A DNA stretch of 64,000 nt from Muribaculaceae bacterium. GTDB taxonomy: Bacteria; Bacteroidota; Bacteroidia; Bacteroidales; Muribaculaceae. The stretch lies in the NCBI GenBank assembly GCA_017478855.1, contig JAFVCX010000137.1, forward strand, positions 16,162-80,161, in the 5' to 3' direction. Both the position numbers and the translations under genes were made by a program. The notes beneath the pieces were generated by a model. That model had not been told where the DNA came from. It saw only the letters and a program-made list of their open reading frames with translations, and ran no database searches. Each line of letters opens with the position of its first letter. Within the stretch, counting starts at the first letter, position 1. This document shows positions 7,923 through 17,687 of the stretch, one piece after another.

Positions 7923-10307
7923 ATGAAACACTTTTACTCCTTTGTGCTGATGTGCCTCGTAGCCGTCACACTTCATGCCGAAGCGATTAGCGAAAGTGCT
8001 GCACGCGCTATTGCAGGACATCAGCTTCGCGGCGATGCTGTTGTTGAGGTGTCGCTCAGCTCGGCCCGCAAGGCGCAAGCTGTTGGCGCAACGCAAGTCG
8101 CTACGCCGGCTTACTATGTATTTAACGCCGAAAAGGCCGGTGACGGTTTCGTCATCGTTTCGGGCGACGACCGTGTGGCTCCCATCTTGGGTTATAGCGA
8201 CAACGGCACGTTTGATCCCAATAATGTGCCCCCCGCCATGCAGGCCATGCTCGACGCTTATGCCGAGCAAATCGCCGCGCTGAACGACGGTGCCACCGCC
8301 GCGCAAAACTTGACGGGCAAAGCGGCCATTAAGCCTATGGTGACCAGTCGTTGGAACCAAAGCGCTCCCTTGAATGAATCGCTGCCCATGATTGGCGACA
8401 AATATCCCGTGACGGGCTGTGTGGCCACTGCTATGGCTCAGCTCATGTATTATCACAAGTGGCCGAAGAACCCCACTGAGAGTATTCCCGCCTATAAATT
8501 CTATTCTTCCACTCAGAAGGATACGATTGCCGCCGCCGAGCTTCCCTCAATCACGTTTGACTGGGAGAATATGCAGGATGTGTACATGGTGGACGTAACC
8601 GGCACGGTTGCCACTAAAGCAGTGTCTGATTTGATGCGCTATTGCGGCCAATCGGTGGAAATGGTGTACGGCACCAGTTCTTCGAGCGCTTCGACCTCAT
8701 GGGTGCCCCGCTCGCTCACCGACTACTTTGGCTATGCCACTTCGCAATATGTGCAGCGCATCTGCTATACGCAGGCCGAGTGGGACAACTTGGTGTATGA
8801 CGAATTGAAAGCCGGCCGCCCCATTCTTTATCGTGGCGACAAGAACCCCGGCGGCCACGCCTTCTTGTGCGATGGCTATGATGGTAATGGCTTGTTCCAC
8901 TTCAACTGGGGCTGGGCAGGCAAGAGCGACGGTTACTTTGTGCTGAGCGTGCTCAATCCTGACGACCAAGGCACCGGCAGCACCGCAGGCCCTTACGGAT
9001 ACATCTTCGGCCAGTCGATGATTATCGGTGTGCAACCGGGCGACGCTGTGGGCGATGGCTTGCGCATGACCAGCACAGACCTGAAGAACCCCGGCACGAC
9101 TTCCCTCTCGCGTTCCAGCAAAGCCGAAGATTTTAGCCTCACACTGACCAGCCGTTTCACCAACTATAACAGCATCGTGGAAACTTTCGACTTTGGCTGG
9201 GGTGTTTTCGACAAAGACAATGAGTTGATTGCTACACCATGGTGGAGTTATTCTTCGTCGGGCTTGCGTCCTCGTTACGGTTATAACAAAACGGTGGAAT
9301 TGAACTTTGGCGCCTCTCTTCCTAACGGCACCTACCGCTTGTTGCCCATCAGCCGCGTGCGTGGCACCGAAGACTGGTTGCTGTGCTATGGAGCTGAAGT
9401 GAACTATGTGGAAGTGACCATCGACGGCCTTGCCGGCTCTGTGACGAGCCATGGCACTGCGGCTGTGGCCGATTATAAGGTGAACGACATCGCCTTTGAG
9501 GGCACCATGAACGCTAACAAGAAAGTGAAGGTCACTCTGAACCTCACCAACGAAGGCAACACAGAGTATGACATGCTCTATGTGTATGTGGACGGAACCA
9601 AGACCTCTAACGCGGTGATTGATATCCTCCCCGGTGAAACAGGCACAGCCGAGCTGAACTTCGTGCCCACCACCGCGGGCGAAAAGACGGTGACCTTCTC
9701 GCTCAATAGTAACGGCAGCAACCCCATTGCCACCCGCACCATCACCATCAACAGCATGCCCACTGTGACCTTGACCAATACCGCTCTTGTGACCAACACG
9801 GTGAACACCAATGAGGTGCATGCCGACAAGATTATTGCTGCCGTCACGTTTACCAACGAGTCTTCTGTGGATTATGATGAGGACGTGCTCCTGAAAGTGT
9901 ATCGTGTGACTTATAGCAGCAAAAACAGCGGCACACTGGCGCAAACCCTCTCACAACCGCTCAAACTGGCCGCCGGCGAAACGAAGATTGTGGTCTTTGA
10001 GGTGGGTAATCTCATCTCGGGCTACAAATATTTCGGATGGCCTTACTACTTTAGCAACGGAGGTGAAGTGAAAGGCAACAAATCGGTGCCCACGCGCCTC
10101 GTCATCATCCCCGACGAGCCTGAGTACAAGCAGGGCGACGTGAATGGCGACGGCAATGTGGATGTGGACGATGTGAACATTCTCATCAACGTTATTCTGG
10201 GTCGCGACGATGCCGATAAATATGGCACACGCGCCGACGTGAATGGCGATAGCGGTGTGGATGTGAGCGACGTGAACACGCTCATCAACCTCGTTTTGGG
10301 CAAATGA
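7923..10307 (+). CDS. Peptidase C10 (streptopain/SpeB-like cysteine protease) with Ig/CARDB-like repeats and a C-terminal dockerin-like module
   Basis: Has a signal peptide. Contains WNQSAP, the catalytic Cys block TGCVATAMAQLMYYHKWP and the catalytic His block GGHAFLCDGYDGNGLFHFNWGWAG. The C-terminus carries a duplicated DVNGDG..VDV.DVN..IN.(I/V)LG module. Confidence 0.85.
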   Translation: MKHFYSFVLMCLVAVTLHAEAISESAARAIAGHQLRGDAVVEVSLSSARKAQAVGATQVATPAYYVFNAEKAGDGFVIVSGDDRVAPILGYSDNGTFDPNNVPPAMQAMLDAYAEQIAALNDGATAAQNLTGKAAIKPMVTSRWNQSAPLNESLPMIGDKYPVTGCVATAMAQLMYYHKWPKNPTESIPAYKFYSSTQKDTIAAAELPSITFDWENMQDVYMVDVTGTVATKAVSDLMRYCGQSVEMVYGTSSSSASTSWVPRSLTDYFGYATSQYVQRICYTQAEWDNLVYDELKAGRPILYRGDKNPGGHAFLCDGYDGNGLFHFNWGWAGKSDGYFVLSVLNPDDQGTGSTAGPYGYIFGQSMIIGVQPGDAVGDGLRMTSTDLKNPGTTSLSRSSKAEDFSLTLTSRFTNYNSIVETFDFGWGVFDKDNELIATPWWSYSSSGLRPRYGYNKTVELNFGASLPNGTYRLLPISRVRGTEDWLLCYGAEVNYVEVTIDGLAGSVTSHGTAAVADYKVNDIAFEGTMNANKKVKVTLNLTNEGNTEYDMLYVYVDGTKTSNAVIDILPGETGTAELNFVPTTAGEKTVTFSLNSNGSNPIATRTITINSMPTVTLTNTALVTNTVNTNEVHADKIIAAVTFTNESSVDYDEDVLLKVYRVTYSSKNSGTLAQTLSQPLKLAAGETKIVVFEVGNLISGYKYFGWPYYFSNGGEVKGNKSVPTRLVIIPDEPEYKQGDVNGDGNVDVDDVNILINVILGRDDADKYGTRADVNGDSGVDVSDVNTLINLVLGK
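10134..10304 (+). other. Type I dockerin-like module (two Ca-loop/helix repeats) at the C-terminus of the C10 peptidase
   Basis: Sequence is GDVNGDGNVDVDDVNILINVILGRDDADKYGTRADVNGDSGVDVSDVNTLINLVLGK. It has two EF-hand-like D-x-N-x-D-G loops, each followed by a short helix. Confidence 0.75.
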
Positions 10308-10337
10308 TGTAGCGACCATCCCGACAAGCTCTAATGG

Positions 10338-10372
10338 GTGGGGGCGCAATGATTTGCGCTCCCACTATTTTA
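10338..10372 (+). terminator. Rho-independent terminator candidate
   Basis: A 12-bp stem GTGGGGGCGCAA / TTGCGCTCCCAC (one G-U pair), loop TGAT, followed by TATTTTATT. Confidence 0.6.
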
Positions 10373-10391
10373 TTGGATTGATTTTTTGTAT

Positions 10392-10399
10392 TAACTTTG
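10392..10399 (+). promoter_or_regulatory. Candidate -7 promoter box (TAACTTTG)
   Basis: Matches TAnnTTTG. It ends only 9 nt before the ATG at 10409, implying a very short leader. Confidence 0.4.
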
Positions 10400-10408
10400 C
10401 AGCCTAAT

Positions 10409-12376
10409 ATGAAAATGCGTTTCATCACATATTTGATGATAGCCGTCAGCTTGATGGGGGCGGCCAAGCAGAAGCAAAAAATCGAGCCGTCATACGCTTG
10501 GCAGCTTGCCGAGCCATTGGGCTTGCGCTTGGAGTCGACCATCGACACGCTGTTTGAAAACTACCACCGCATGGCTATTCCGTGGCTGCCCAGCAAGGCA
10601 TGGGCCACCACGGGCAACTATGGCGCACCCGGGCAGAACCAAGTATTTTTTGAGCGCAAGCCAATGAGTGACTTTTGGTTTGAAGACGCCTTGCAGCCGT
10701 GGTTGCACACCACCGCCACGCAGCGATTCTACAACACGCGTGTGCCCATGACCCTGATGGGACACACCACCGGTGGCGACAAATATAGCAACCAAGACCG
10801 CACGCAAGTGACTTTCTCGGGCAATGCGGGCAAACGATTGGCAGTGGGAGCCATGCTTGACTATGTCTATAGCAAGGGCACCTATGAATATCAAGCCGAT
10901 AAAGATTTCACTTGGGGAATGTCGACCTCCTACACGGGCGACCGCTATGAACTTCAGGCTCTTTTTACCCATTACGACTATACCACCAAAGAGAGCGGTG
11001 GCATTACCGATGACCGCTATATTACCGATCCCGCCGAAGTGCAAGGCGGAGTGACGCGCGTGGACAACAAGAGCATTCCCACACGGTTGACCAGCACGCA
11101 CAACAACGTGAAGGGAACCCAACTGATGATGAACCATCGCTATAAAGTGGGATTCTATCGCTATGAGCGCGACTCGATAACCGACACGATTGTGGGGCGC
11201 ACCTATGTGCCGGTGACCAGTTTCATTTGGACACTTGACTATAAGGACAACCGCCACAAATTTTTGAACCAAAGTGCCAGTGAAGACACTTCATTCTTCT
11301 CGCACACCTACCTGAATTTGGGTGGTACCGACGAAACCACCAAGTGGTGGCGGCTACGCAACACGGTGGGTATCTCGATGCTGGAAGGTTTTAACCGCTG
11401 GATGAAGATGGGGTTTGCGGTGTTTGGCACGCATGAAATGCGGCGATTCACGCAGGTGACCGATACGGTGACGGGTGGCCAAGTGACGCTTCTTGATGGG
11501 CTTGATGTGGCACCGGCCACAGTGTCGGCACGGCACACTCAGCATTTGGTGTGGCTGGGAGGGCAGCTCACCAAGATGACGGGCAGCACCCTGCGCTATG
11601 CGGCCACGGCAAAATTTGGTATGGCTGGTGATGTGGTGGGCGACGTGGACATCAGCGGCGACATCACGGCCCGCGCCCGGCTGCTGGGCGACACGGTGAG
11701 CCTGCGCGGATATGGCTATTTTAAGAACCAAGAGGTGCCCTACCTGCTGAAAAATTTTGTTTCCAACCACTTCGTGTGGCAAAACAGCTTCAGCAAAGAG
11801 AAACGGTTGAGATTGGGCGGCGAACTGAATGTGCCCCACACGCTCACCAACGTGAATGTAGGCTATGAAACACTGAAGAATTTTGTGTACTTTGATGCCG
11901 ATGCTCTACCCGCCCAGCACAGCGGTGCCATTCATGTGTTTCAGGCTACGTTGCGGCAAGGACTGCATCTCAAAGCCTTTGGCTGGGACAATGCCGTGAC
12001 CTACCAGACGAGCAGCAACAAAGACGTGCTGGCTCTGCCGGCAGTGAGCCTCTTCAGCAACATGTATGTGAAATTTCTCATCGCGCAGGTGCTGCATGTG
12101 CAGTTGGGTGTGGATTGCAATTATTACTCAAAATATTACGCGCCGAGCTATAACCCGGCTCTCATGGCGTTTCATGTGCAAAACGAGCAAAAGTGCGGTA
12201 ATTTTGCCCTCTTTGACGCTTATGCCAACTTCAAGCTGAAAAAAGCACGCTTCTTTGTGCTTTATAGTCACGCTAACGCAAAACTGTTTGGGGGGAACAA
12301 CTATTTTGCCCTGCCGCATTATCCGCTTAACCCTGCTCGCTTTCAAGTGGGTGTGAGTGTGGATTTCGCGCACTAA
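10409..12376 (+). CDS. Large outer-membrane beta-barrel protein (Bacteroidetes 'putative porin' type)
   Basis: Has a signal-like N-terminus (MKMRFITYLMIAVSLMGAA). It is about 650 aa rich in alternating aromatic/Gly strands. Ends with ARFQVGVSVDFAH. The family call is from memory only. Confidence 0.5.
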   Translation: MKMRFITYLMIAVSLMGAAKQKQKIEPSYAWQLAEPLGLRLESTIDTLFENYHRMAIPWLPSKAWATTGNYGAPGQNQVFFERKPMSDFWFEDALQPWLHTTATQRFYNTRVPMTLMGHTTGGDKYSNQDRTQVTFSGNAGKRLAVGAMLDYVYSKGTYEYQADKDFTWGMSTSYTGDRYELQALFTHYDYTTKESGGITDDRYITDPAEVQGGVTRVDNKSIPTRLTSTHNNVKGTQLMMNHRYKVGFYRYERDSITDTIVGRTYVPVTSFIWTLDYKDNRHKFLNQSASEDTSFFSHTYLNLGGTDETTKWWRLRNTVGISMLEGFNRWMKMGFAVFGTHEMRRFTQVTDTVTGGQVTLLDGLDVAPATVSARHTQHLVWLGGQLTKMTGSTLRYAATAKFGMAGDVVGDVDISGDITARARLLGDTVSLRGYGYFKNQEVPYLLKNFVSNHFVWQNSFSKEKRLRLGGELNVPHTLTNVNVGYETLKNFVYFDADALPAQHSGAIHVFQATLRQGLHLKAFGWDNAVTYQTSSNKDVLALPAVSLFSNMYVKFLIAQVLHVQLGVDCNYYSKYYAPSYNPALMAFHVQNEQKCGNFALFDAYANFKLKKARFFVLYSHANAKLFGGNNYFALPHYPLNPARFQVGVSVDFAH

Positions 12377-12383
12377 AACACAC

Positions 12384-13217
12384 ATGCTTATGCTGCGTCC
12401 TTCGCGATATAACCGACGTAATGGGCAAGCGGTGCTCTATGTGGCATTGCTGCTGACGGTCGTTGCTGGCATGTATGCTTTGAGCCGCTGCGACCGGCCT
12501 GTGGATGCCGTGACCGATGCGGCCAGCGGCGGTGACACGATTGATGTGGCCATAGAGTATGCCCCAATCACTTATTATGCCTATGATGACACTTTGGGAG
12601 GGTATGATTATGACTTGCTGCGCAAGGTGAGCGAGTATGCGCACCGAGCCATGAAATTTCACCCCATAGTGACGTTGCAACGTGGCATCGAAGGGCTTGC
12701 CAACGGCACCTACGATGTGCTGGTGGCTCAATATCCTATGACGGCCAGCGACCGCGAGCGGTTCTTGTTCACCGAGCCGGTGTATATCGACAAACAGGTG
12801 CTTGTGCAGCGCCGCCCGGCCATTGTGCGCTCGCAGTTTGACCTCGCCGGCGACACAGTTTGGGTGGTGAAAAGCTCGCCCATGGCAGCCCGCATCGAGG
12901 GGCTGAGCCGTGAACTGGGCGACACGATTCATGTGATGGCCGACCACTCCTATGGAGCCGAGCAACTGGTGATGCTGGTGGCCGGAGGAGAAGTGCGCTA
13001 CGCGGTGGTGAACCGTGCGTTGGCCACAGGCATGGCAAAGAAGTTGCCACAAGTGGACGTGAGTGTTGACATTAGCCTATCGCAATTTCAAGCATGGGTG
13101 CTGGCTCGCGACAACCAAGTGTTGTGCGACAGCCTGAACAGCTGGCTCCGACATGTGAAAAACGATGCGAAGGCCATGAGTGAATTGCAGCGACGTTATT
13201 TTGCTAAATCTGATTGA
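12384..13217 (+). CDS. Membrane-anchored periplasmic solute-binding (SBP family 3 / MltF N-terminal-like) domain protein
   Basis: Has an N-terminal TM segment (AVLYVALLLTVVAGMYAL). Blocks IDVAIEYAPITYY..GYDYDLLRKV and DVLVAQYPMTASDRERFLFTEPVYIDKQVLV are typical of the SBP_bac_3 fold. Confidence 0.6.
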   Translation: MLMLRPSRYNRRNGQAVLYVALLLTVVAGMYALSRCDRPVDAVTDAASGGDTIDVAIEYAPITYYAYDDTLGGYDYDLLRKVSEYAHRAMKFHPIVTLQRGIEGLANGTYDVLVAQYPMTASDRERFLFTEPVYIDKQVLVQRRPAIVRSQFDLAGDTVWVVKSSPMAARIEGLSRELGDTIHVMADHSYGAEQLVMLVAGGEVRYAVVNRALATGMAKKLPQVDVSVDISLSQFQAWVLARDNQVLCDSLNSWLRHVKNDAKAMSELQRRYFAKSD

Positions 13218-13219
13218 CG

Positions 13220-14869
13220 ATGAAAAATATGATGAAACGATTGTGGAAAAGACCCGAAACACACACTTCGGTTAAGGCCGATTTTTTTGCCTTTTTGAAG
13301 AAATACAACAGCGTGCCGCGCAAGGTGGAAACTGAAAATGGCGCGACACATGTGTACTTTGATTTTCAAGGCGGGCACTTTGTGGCTCAAATCAAGCGCG
13401 ATGACTTGGGGGTTGACATCACCTATCCCGGTTTCTTGGAAGCTCCACTTGATGAGTTGCAGGAAGTGCGCTCGATGTGCAACCACTTTAATGCCCGCAG
13501 CCTTGCCCTAAAATTTGTGTATGCTCATAATGAGGAGGACAATCGCCTGAACGTGCATTTGTCGTTTTTTGTGAACGTGGTGCAGGAAAAGGCCTTACTC
13601 AACCTGTTTAACGCCTGTTTTTATTTCCAGCGGGAGTTTTGCGATGATTATCACTCACTCATCGATGCCAAGAAAAAACAGAGCGAAGATGACAAAGAGG
13701 CTCAACAGTTGCGCTTGAACCGCGAGCTGTTTCTCCTTCGCGAACAGGAACTGCGACACCAGACGGGCGACACTGCCCAGTATCGCCGAGGGGTGGAGCA
13801 CACGTTGTTGCTCGATGAGTTCGTGCGCACCGTGGTGGAACTGGATGCGGTGACCTACAAGAGCCTTACCGTCGCCGTGGGTGATGCGGTGAAAACGCTG
13901 ACCGACACGAAACTGGTGGCCCAATATGACTTGCTTGGGGCACTCATTGAGCATAACGGCGAGCAAGTGAGCTGCGCACACGACGATGCCACGCTCACCT
14001 TGCGCTATGCCACAGTGACCGACGCTGAGACCGAGCGCATGATGATTGTGCTTAACCATGAGGGTGATGACGGAAAAACCATCTGGCTGCGGCTGACGGC
14101 GTGCCGTGTGCCTCGCAACATTGGTCATGACGAGTCGCTCGACAGCGAACCGGCTGAAGCCGAATCGGTGTCGGTGCTGGTGGCTTATGAGCGAGCTACC
14201 GACGCGCAGCGGCAGAGTGAGGCCGACTATATGTGGAAAGACGCTAAAATCAAGCTGCGCAATGGCGAATCGCTCACCGAGGAAGAGCAGCTTATAGCCG
14301 ACGCGACCAACGCCAATGAGGCCTATTGCCTGTATCACGGCCGCCGCTTGATGCTGGAAGGTCGCTACTATGAGGCCATACGTCTTTTTGAGAACGCTTT
14401 CTCGGCGATGCTCACTGATTATTTTAATCTTAATGAGAAAGAACGGGGCATCTTTGGTGACGTGTGCTACCATTTGGGCTTTTGCTACAATGAACTGCAT
14501 CTATATCGTCGTGCCTTCTATTATTTGTCGCTATTGCGCGATGACGGCAACGTGCGCCATGCCAGTGAGCTGATCAATGCCCTCTCAAACGGCAAAGACC
14601 TGCGTGTGTTTAGCCTCACCGACGATATTATGAAGAATATTAGTCAGCAGTTCGACAAAGAGGAAGATTTGCCGGAATATCTGCAAAGTTTTGTGAACTT
14701 CATGCGTCGCCGCCGGGCGTATAGCTTGATTGATTTTCATCAGCTTGATGAGGCAGAGAAGGCTTTTACCGACATGCTTGATGAGCCTGAGAATGCCGAC
14801 TATGCCATCAGTGAGTTGGCCTACATCAAGCAACTGCGAGAGCAAGAGCGCGACGACCAAAATCCTTAA
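13220..14869 (+). CDS. Hypothetical cytoplasmic protein (possible YbjN-like N-terminal domain, TPR-like C-terminus)
   Basis: A clean 549-aa ORF with no signal peptide. The C-terminal region has helical-repeat character (YYEAIRLFENAF.., HLGFCYNELHLYRRAFYYL). The domain calls are weak. Confidence 0.5.
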   Translation: MKNMMKRLWKRPETHTSVKADFFAFLKKYNSVPRKVETENGATHVYFDFQGGHFVAQIKRDDLGVDITYPGFLEAPLDELQEVRSMCNHFNARSLALKFVYAHNEEDNRLNVHLSFFVNVVQEKALLNLFNACFYFQREFCDDYHSLIDAKKKQSEDDKEAQQLRLNRELFLLREQELRHQTGDTAQYRRGVEHTLLLDEFVRTVVELDAVTYKSLTVAVGDAVKTLTDTKLVAQYDLLGALIEHNGEQVSCAHDDATLTLRYATVTDAETERMMIVLNHEGDDGKTIWLRLTACRVPRNIGHDESLDSEPAEAESVSVLVAYERATDAQRQSEADYMWKDAKIKLRNGESLTEEEQLIADATNANEAYCLYHGRRLMLEGRYYEAIRLFENAFSAMLTDYFNLNEKERGIFGDVCYHLGFCYNELHLYRRAFYYLSLLRDDGNVRHASELINALSNGKDLRVFSLTDDIMKNISQQFDKEEDLPEYLQSFVNFMRRRRAYSLIDFHQLDEAEKAFTDMLDEPENADYAISELAYIKQLREQERDDQNP

Positions 14870-14886
14870 TGGGGTCCCATATACTC

Positions 14887-14924
14887 AACGAGTTTGCGCC
14901 ACCATATGGTGGCGCAAACTCGTT
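14887..14924. terminator. Bidirectional rho-independent terminator between convergent genes
   Basis: A perfect 18-bp inverted repeat AACGAGTTTGCGCCACCA-TA-TGGTGGCGCAAACTCGTT, followed by TTTAT. Confidence 0.8.
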
Positions 14925-14950
14925 TTATGATGCCCGATTGTGACCGGCGA

Positions 14951-15856
14951 TTAGGTGAGCCGTCGCAAGAAATAGGGTGGGATGGGCGTTTCAAACGAAA
15001 GTTGCTCGCCCGTGACGGGATGCACAAAGGCCAGCTTGATGGCGTGCAGGCAGTGACGCGTGCCGGGCTTGTCTTGCTTGCCATATTTGCCGTCGCCTGT
15101 GACTGGGTGACCTATGTCGCTCATGTGCACGCGGATTTGGTTCTTGCGGCCGGTGAGCAGTTTCAACTCGATGAGCGAGTGCTCTTGTGCCCGTTGCAAG
15201 ATGCGCCAAGTGGTGATGGCAAATTTGCCGCCGTTATTGGTGCGACTGCTAATGACCTTCATGTTGGGCGTGTCCTTTAGCCAACTCTCTATGCGCCCTT
15301 CGTTTTGCTCCATGATGCCATCGACCACGGCCACATAGCGGCGGTCGGTGACGGTACTGCGCCAGTCGCGGGTCATGTCTTGCTGCACTTGCGTGCTTTT
15401 GGCATAAATCATGAGCCCCGACGTGCGGCAGTCGAGGCGGTGCACCACATGGGCAGTGCATCGCTGGCGTGTTTCGATGAAGTGCTTGTCGAGCAAATGC
15501 TTCATGTTGAGGCTGCCTGCGCCCACGGGCATCGACAGCACTCCGGGCTGCTTGTCGACCACCACGAGCCACTGGTCTTCATAGACGATGCGATAGTAGG
15601 GGCTGGTGTTGGCGCGAGGCTGTGGCTGCCGGCTGATTTCGACCACGCTTTCTGGCAGCACCCGATAGTCGTAATGAGTTTGCATATGGCCATCCACCAT
15701 GACACCGCCATGCCCCAAGATGCCCTTGGCCTTGACGCGGCTGATGCCATCGAGGGCTTTCATCACAAAATCGAGCAAACCGGTTTCCTCTTTGGCGCGA
15801 AAAACGAGTTTCTTGTTGTTGTCGCGTGGCACGCGGTGGTTGTGTGGGCGTTTCAT
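14951..15856 (-). CDS. RluA-family 23S rRNA/tRNA pseudouridine synthase with an S4 domain
   Basis: Contains HRLDCRTSGLMIYAK (catalytic Asp motif), LLTGRKNQIRVH and an N-terminal S4-like segment. Confidence 0.85.
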   Translation of the reverse strand: MKRPHNHRVPRDNNKKLVFRAKEETGLLDFVMKALDGISRVKAKGILGHGGVMVDGHMQTHYDYRVLPESVVEISRQPQPRANTSPYYRIVYEDQWLVVVDKQPGVLSMPVGAGSLNMKHLLDKHFIETRQRCTAHVVHRLDCRTSGLMIYAKSTQVQQDMTRDWRSTVTDRRYVAVVDGIMEQNEGRIESWLKDTPNMKVISSRTNNGGKFAITTWRILQRAQEHSLIELKLLTGRKNQIRVHMSDIGHPVTGDGKYGKQDKPGTRHCLHAIKLAFVHPVTGEQLSFETPIPPYFLRRLT

Positions 15857-15868
15857 GAGTGTGGCTGT

Positions 15869-17032
15869 TTATTCAAAAATGTGCCGCAAGCGGCTGAATA
15901 TTCGGTTCTTGATGCTCTCGGTGGGCTTGAGGTTGGTCGAGCCGTTGAGCGACTCGATGGCCTGCCGCTCAGTGGCATTGAGCGTTTCGGGCACATAGAC
16001 CATGACGTTGATGAGCATGTCGCCCATGCCATATCGGTTGGCATCGGGTAACCCCTTGCCTCGCAGGCGCAACACGGTGCCCGGCTGGGTACCCGGCTTG
16101 ATGGTGACCCGCACCTTGCCATCCACTGTGGGAACTTCAACTTTTCCGCCCAAAACGGCAGTGGGAAAGTCAATCATCAGGTTATAGATGAGGTCGTTGC
16201 CATCACGCTGCAATTGGTTGTCGGGAGTTTCCTCAATCACGATGAGCAAATCACCCGGGATGCCTCCACCCGGAGCGTCGTTTCCTTTGCCGCTCATTTT
16301 GAGCTGCATGCCGTCGGCCACGCCGGCCGGAATGTTGACCGAGATGACCTCTTCCTTGCGCACAAGGCCTTGCCCGCCGCAATGCTCACATTTTTGCTTG
16401 ATGCGCTTGCCCGAACCGCCACAAGTGTGGCACACCTGCTGGCTTTGCATGCGCATGAATCCCATCGACTGGATGACGGTTTCCACCCCTTGCCCATTGC
16501 AGGTGGGGCAGGGTTCGTATTCTGTGCCGTTTTTGGCTCCTGTGCCACGGCAAGCTTGGCATGAAACCATGCGTGGGATTTTCAGTTTTTTCTCAGTGCC
16601 ATGCGCCACATCGGCCAGCGTGACTTTCACACGCACACGCAGGTCGGTGCCTCGCGCCACGTGCTGCCTGCTGCGGGCTCGCGAGCCGCCGCCGAACCCT
16701 CCGAAGCCGCCAAAATCGAACCCAGCACCAAACACCGAGTTGAGGATGTCGTTGATGTCGAACCCTCCGAAACCCTCGCCATTGCCGCCCATTTGCTCGC
16801 CGGCAAAACCGAATTGGTCGTAGCGTTTGCGCTTCTCGTCATCGCTGAGCACGCTGTAGGCCTCGGCCGCTTCTTTGAACTTTTCCTCGGCCTCCTTAGC
16901 TTCTTGCTCACTCTTGCCGTGCTGGCGGTCGGGGTGATACTTGACGGCGAGTTTGCTATATGCTTTTTTGATGTCGGCAGTGGTGGCATTTTTGTCCACT
17001 CCGAGCACCTCGTAGTAATCTCTCTTTGCCAT
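15869..17032 (-). CDS. dnaJ: Molecular chaperone DnaJ
   Basis: Has the J-domain ([22 protein letters not shown]), a G/F-rich linker and four CxxCxGxG zinc-finger motifs. Confidence 0.95.
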   Translation of the reverse strand: MAKRDYYEVLGVDKNATTADIKKAYSKLAVKYHPDRQHGKSEQEAKEAEEKFKEAAEAYSVLSDDEKRKRYDQFGFAGEQMGGNGEGFGGFDINDILNSVFGAGFDFGGFGGFGGGSRARSRQHVARGTDLRVRVKVTLADVAHGTEKKLKIPRMVSCQACRGTGAKNGTEYEPCPTCNGQGVETVIQSMGFMRMQSQQVCHTCGGSGKRIKQKCEHCGGQGLVRKEEVISVNIPAGVADGMQLKMSGKGNDAPGGGIPGDLLIVIEETPDNQLQRDGNDLIYNLMIDFPTAVLGGKVEVPTVDGKVRVTIKPGTQPGTVLRLRGKGLPDANRYGMGDMLINVMVYVPETLNATERQAIESLNGSTNLKPTESIKNRIFSRLRHIFE

Positions 17033-17044
17033 GTGTAGCTGGTG

Positions 17045-17605
17045 TTATTGTCCCACCACCACTTTGGCGTGGCGCAGAACTTTGTCGTTAATCATATACC
17101 CTTTAGTGGTGGTGTCGACCACTTTCCCTCGCAGACTCTCGTCGGGAGCCGGACACATGGTGAGCGCATCGTGCAATTCGGGGTCAAACTCTTTTCCTGT
17201 GCTCTCGATGGGTTTCACTTGCTGTTGCTCCAAGTATTTTACAAACTTGTGATAGATGAGCTGCACGCCCTCGGCCAAAGCGGCCTTGTCGCCTCCCTGC
17301 TGCATGGCGGCGAGTGCGCGTTCAAAGTCATCTATCACAGGCAGCAATTCGCTCATGGCGCGCTCGTTGGCATTCTTGATGAGTTCTTGCTTCTCTCGCA
17401 AGGTGCGACGGCGAAAGTTGTCGAATTCTGCCATCAGCAGCAAGTAGTCGTTTTCTTTCCTGTCGAGTTTTTCTTGCAGAGCGGCCATCTGTTGCTCCAA
17501 AGAGGGTTCTTCGGCCTCTTGCTTCGGGGCTTCCTGTTCTACTGATTGTTCTTCTTGCAGTGTTTTTTTCTGCTCTGCTTCCTGTTTATTTTGTTTTTTT
17601 GCCAT
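17045..17605 (-). CDS. grpE: Nucleotide exchange factor GrpE
   Basis: Contains AEFDNFRRRTLREK, the LLPVIDDFERAL motif and a C-terminal beta-domain. It lies immediately upstream of dnaJ. Confidence 0.9.
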   Translation of the reverse strand: MAKKQNKQEAEQKKTLQEEQSVEQEAPKQEAEEPSLEQQMAALQEKLDRKENDYLLLMAEFDNFRRRTLREKQELIKNANERAMSELLPVIDDFERALAAMQQGGDKAALAEGVQLIYHKFVKYLEQQQVKPIESTGKEFDPELHDALTMCPAPDESLRGKVVDTTTKGYMINDKVLRHAKVVVGQ

Positions 17606-17687
17606 AATCGTTCAATGGTTGGTTTTATCATCACTGCTTAAGCAAAAACCTTGCCAACTCGTTGTGGGGCAAGCGATGCGAAAGGCT

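Noticed and set aside
8697-9944. A 415-aa minus-strand ORF inside the C10 peptidase gene. Similar long antisense ORFs include 5458..6522, 10490..11272, 18991..20034, 24807..25742, 35573..36685, 37395..38357, 38447..39358, 48839..49897, 50591..51739, 62097..63128 and 63138..63878.
   Set aside because: All overlap strongly supported genes on the opposite strand and have the same biased composition with no recognisable motifs. I treat them as GC-driven spurious frames.
10134-10304. The repeated GAYGTGAAYGGYGAYGG.. DNA units at 10134..10304, 57198..57377 and 57514..57684, considered as possible tandem DNA repeats or a CRISPR-like array.
   Set aside because: They are in-frame coding repeats (two per gene) of a dockerin-like protein module. 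There are no spacers or direct-repeat array structure.
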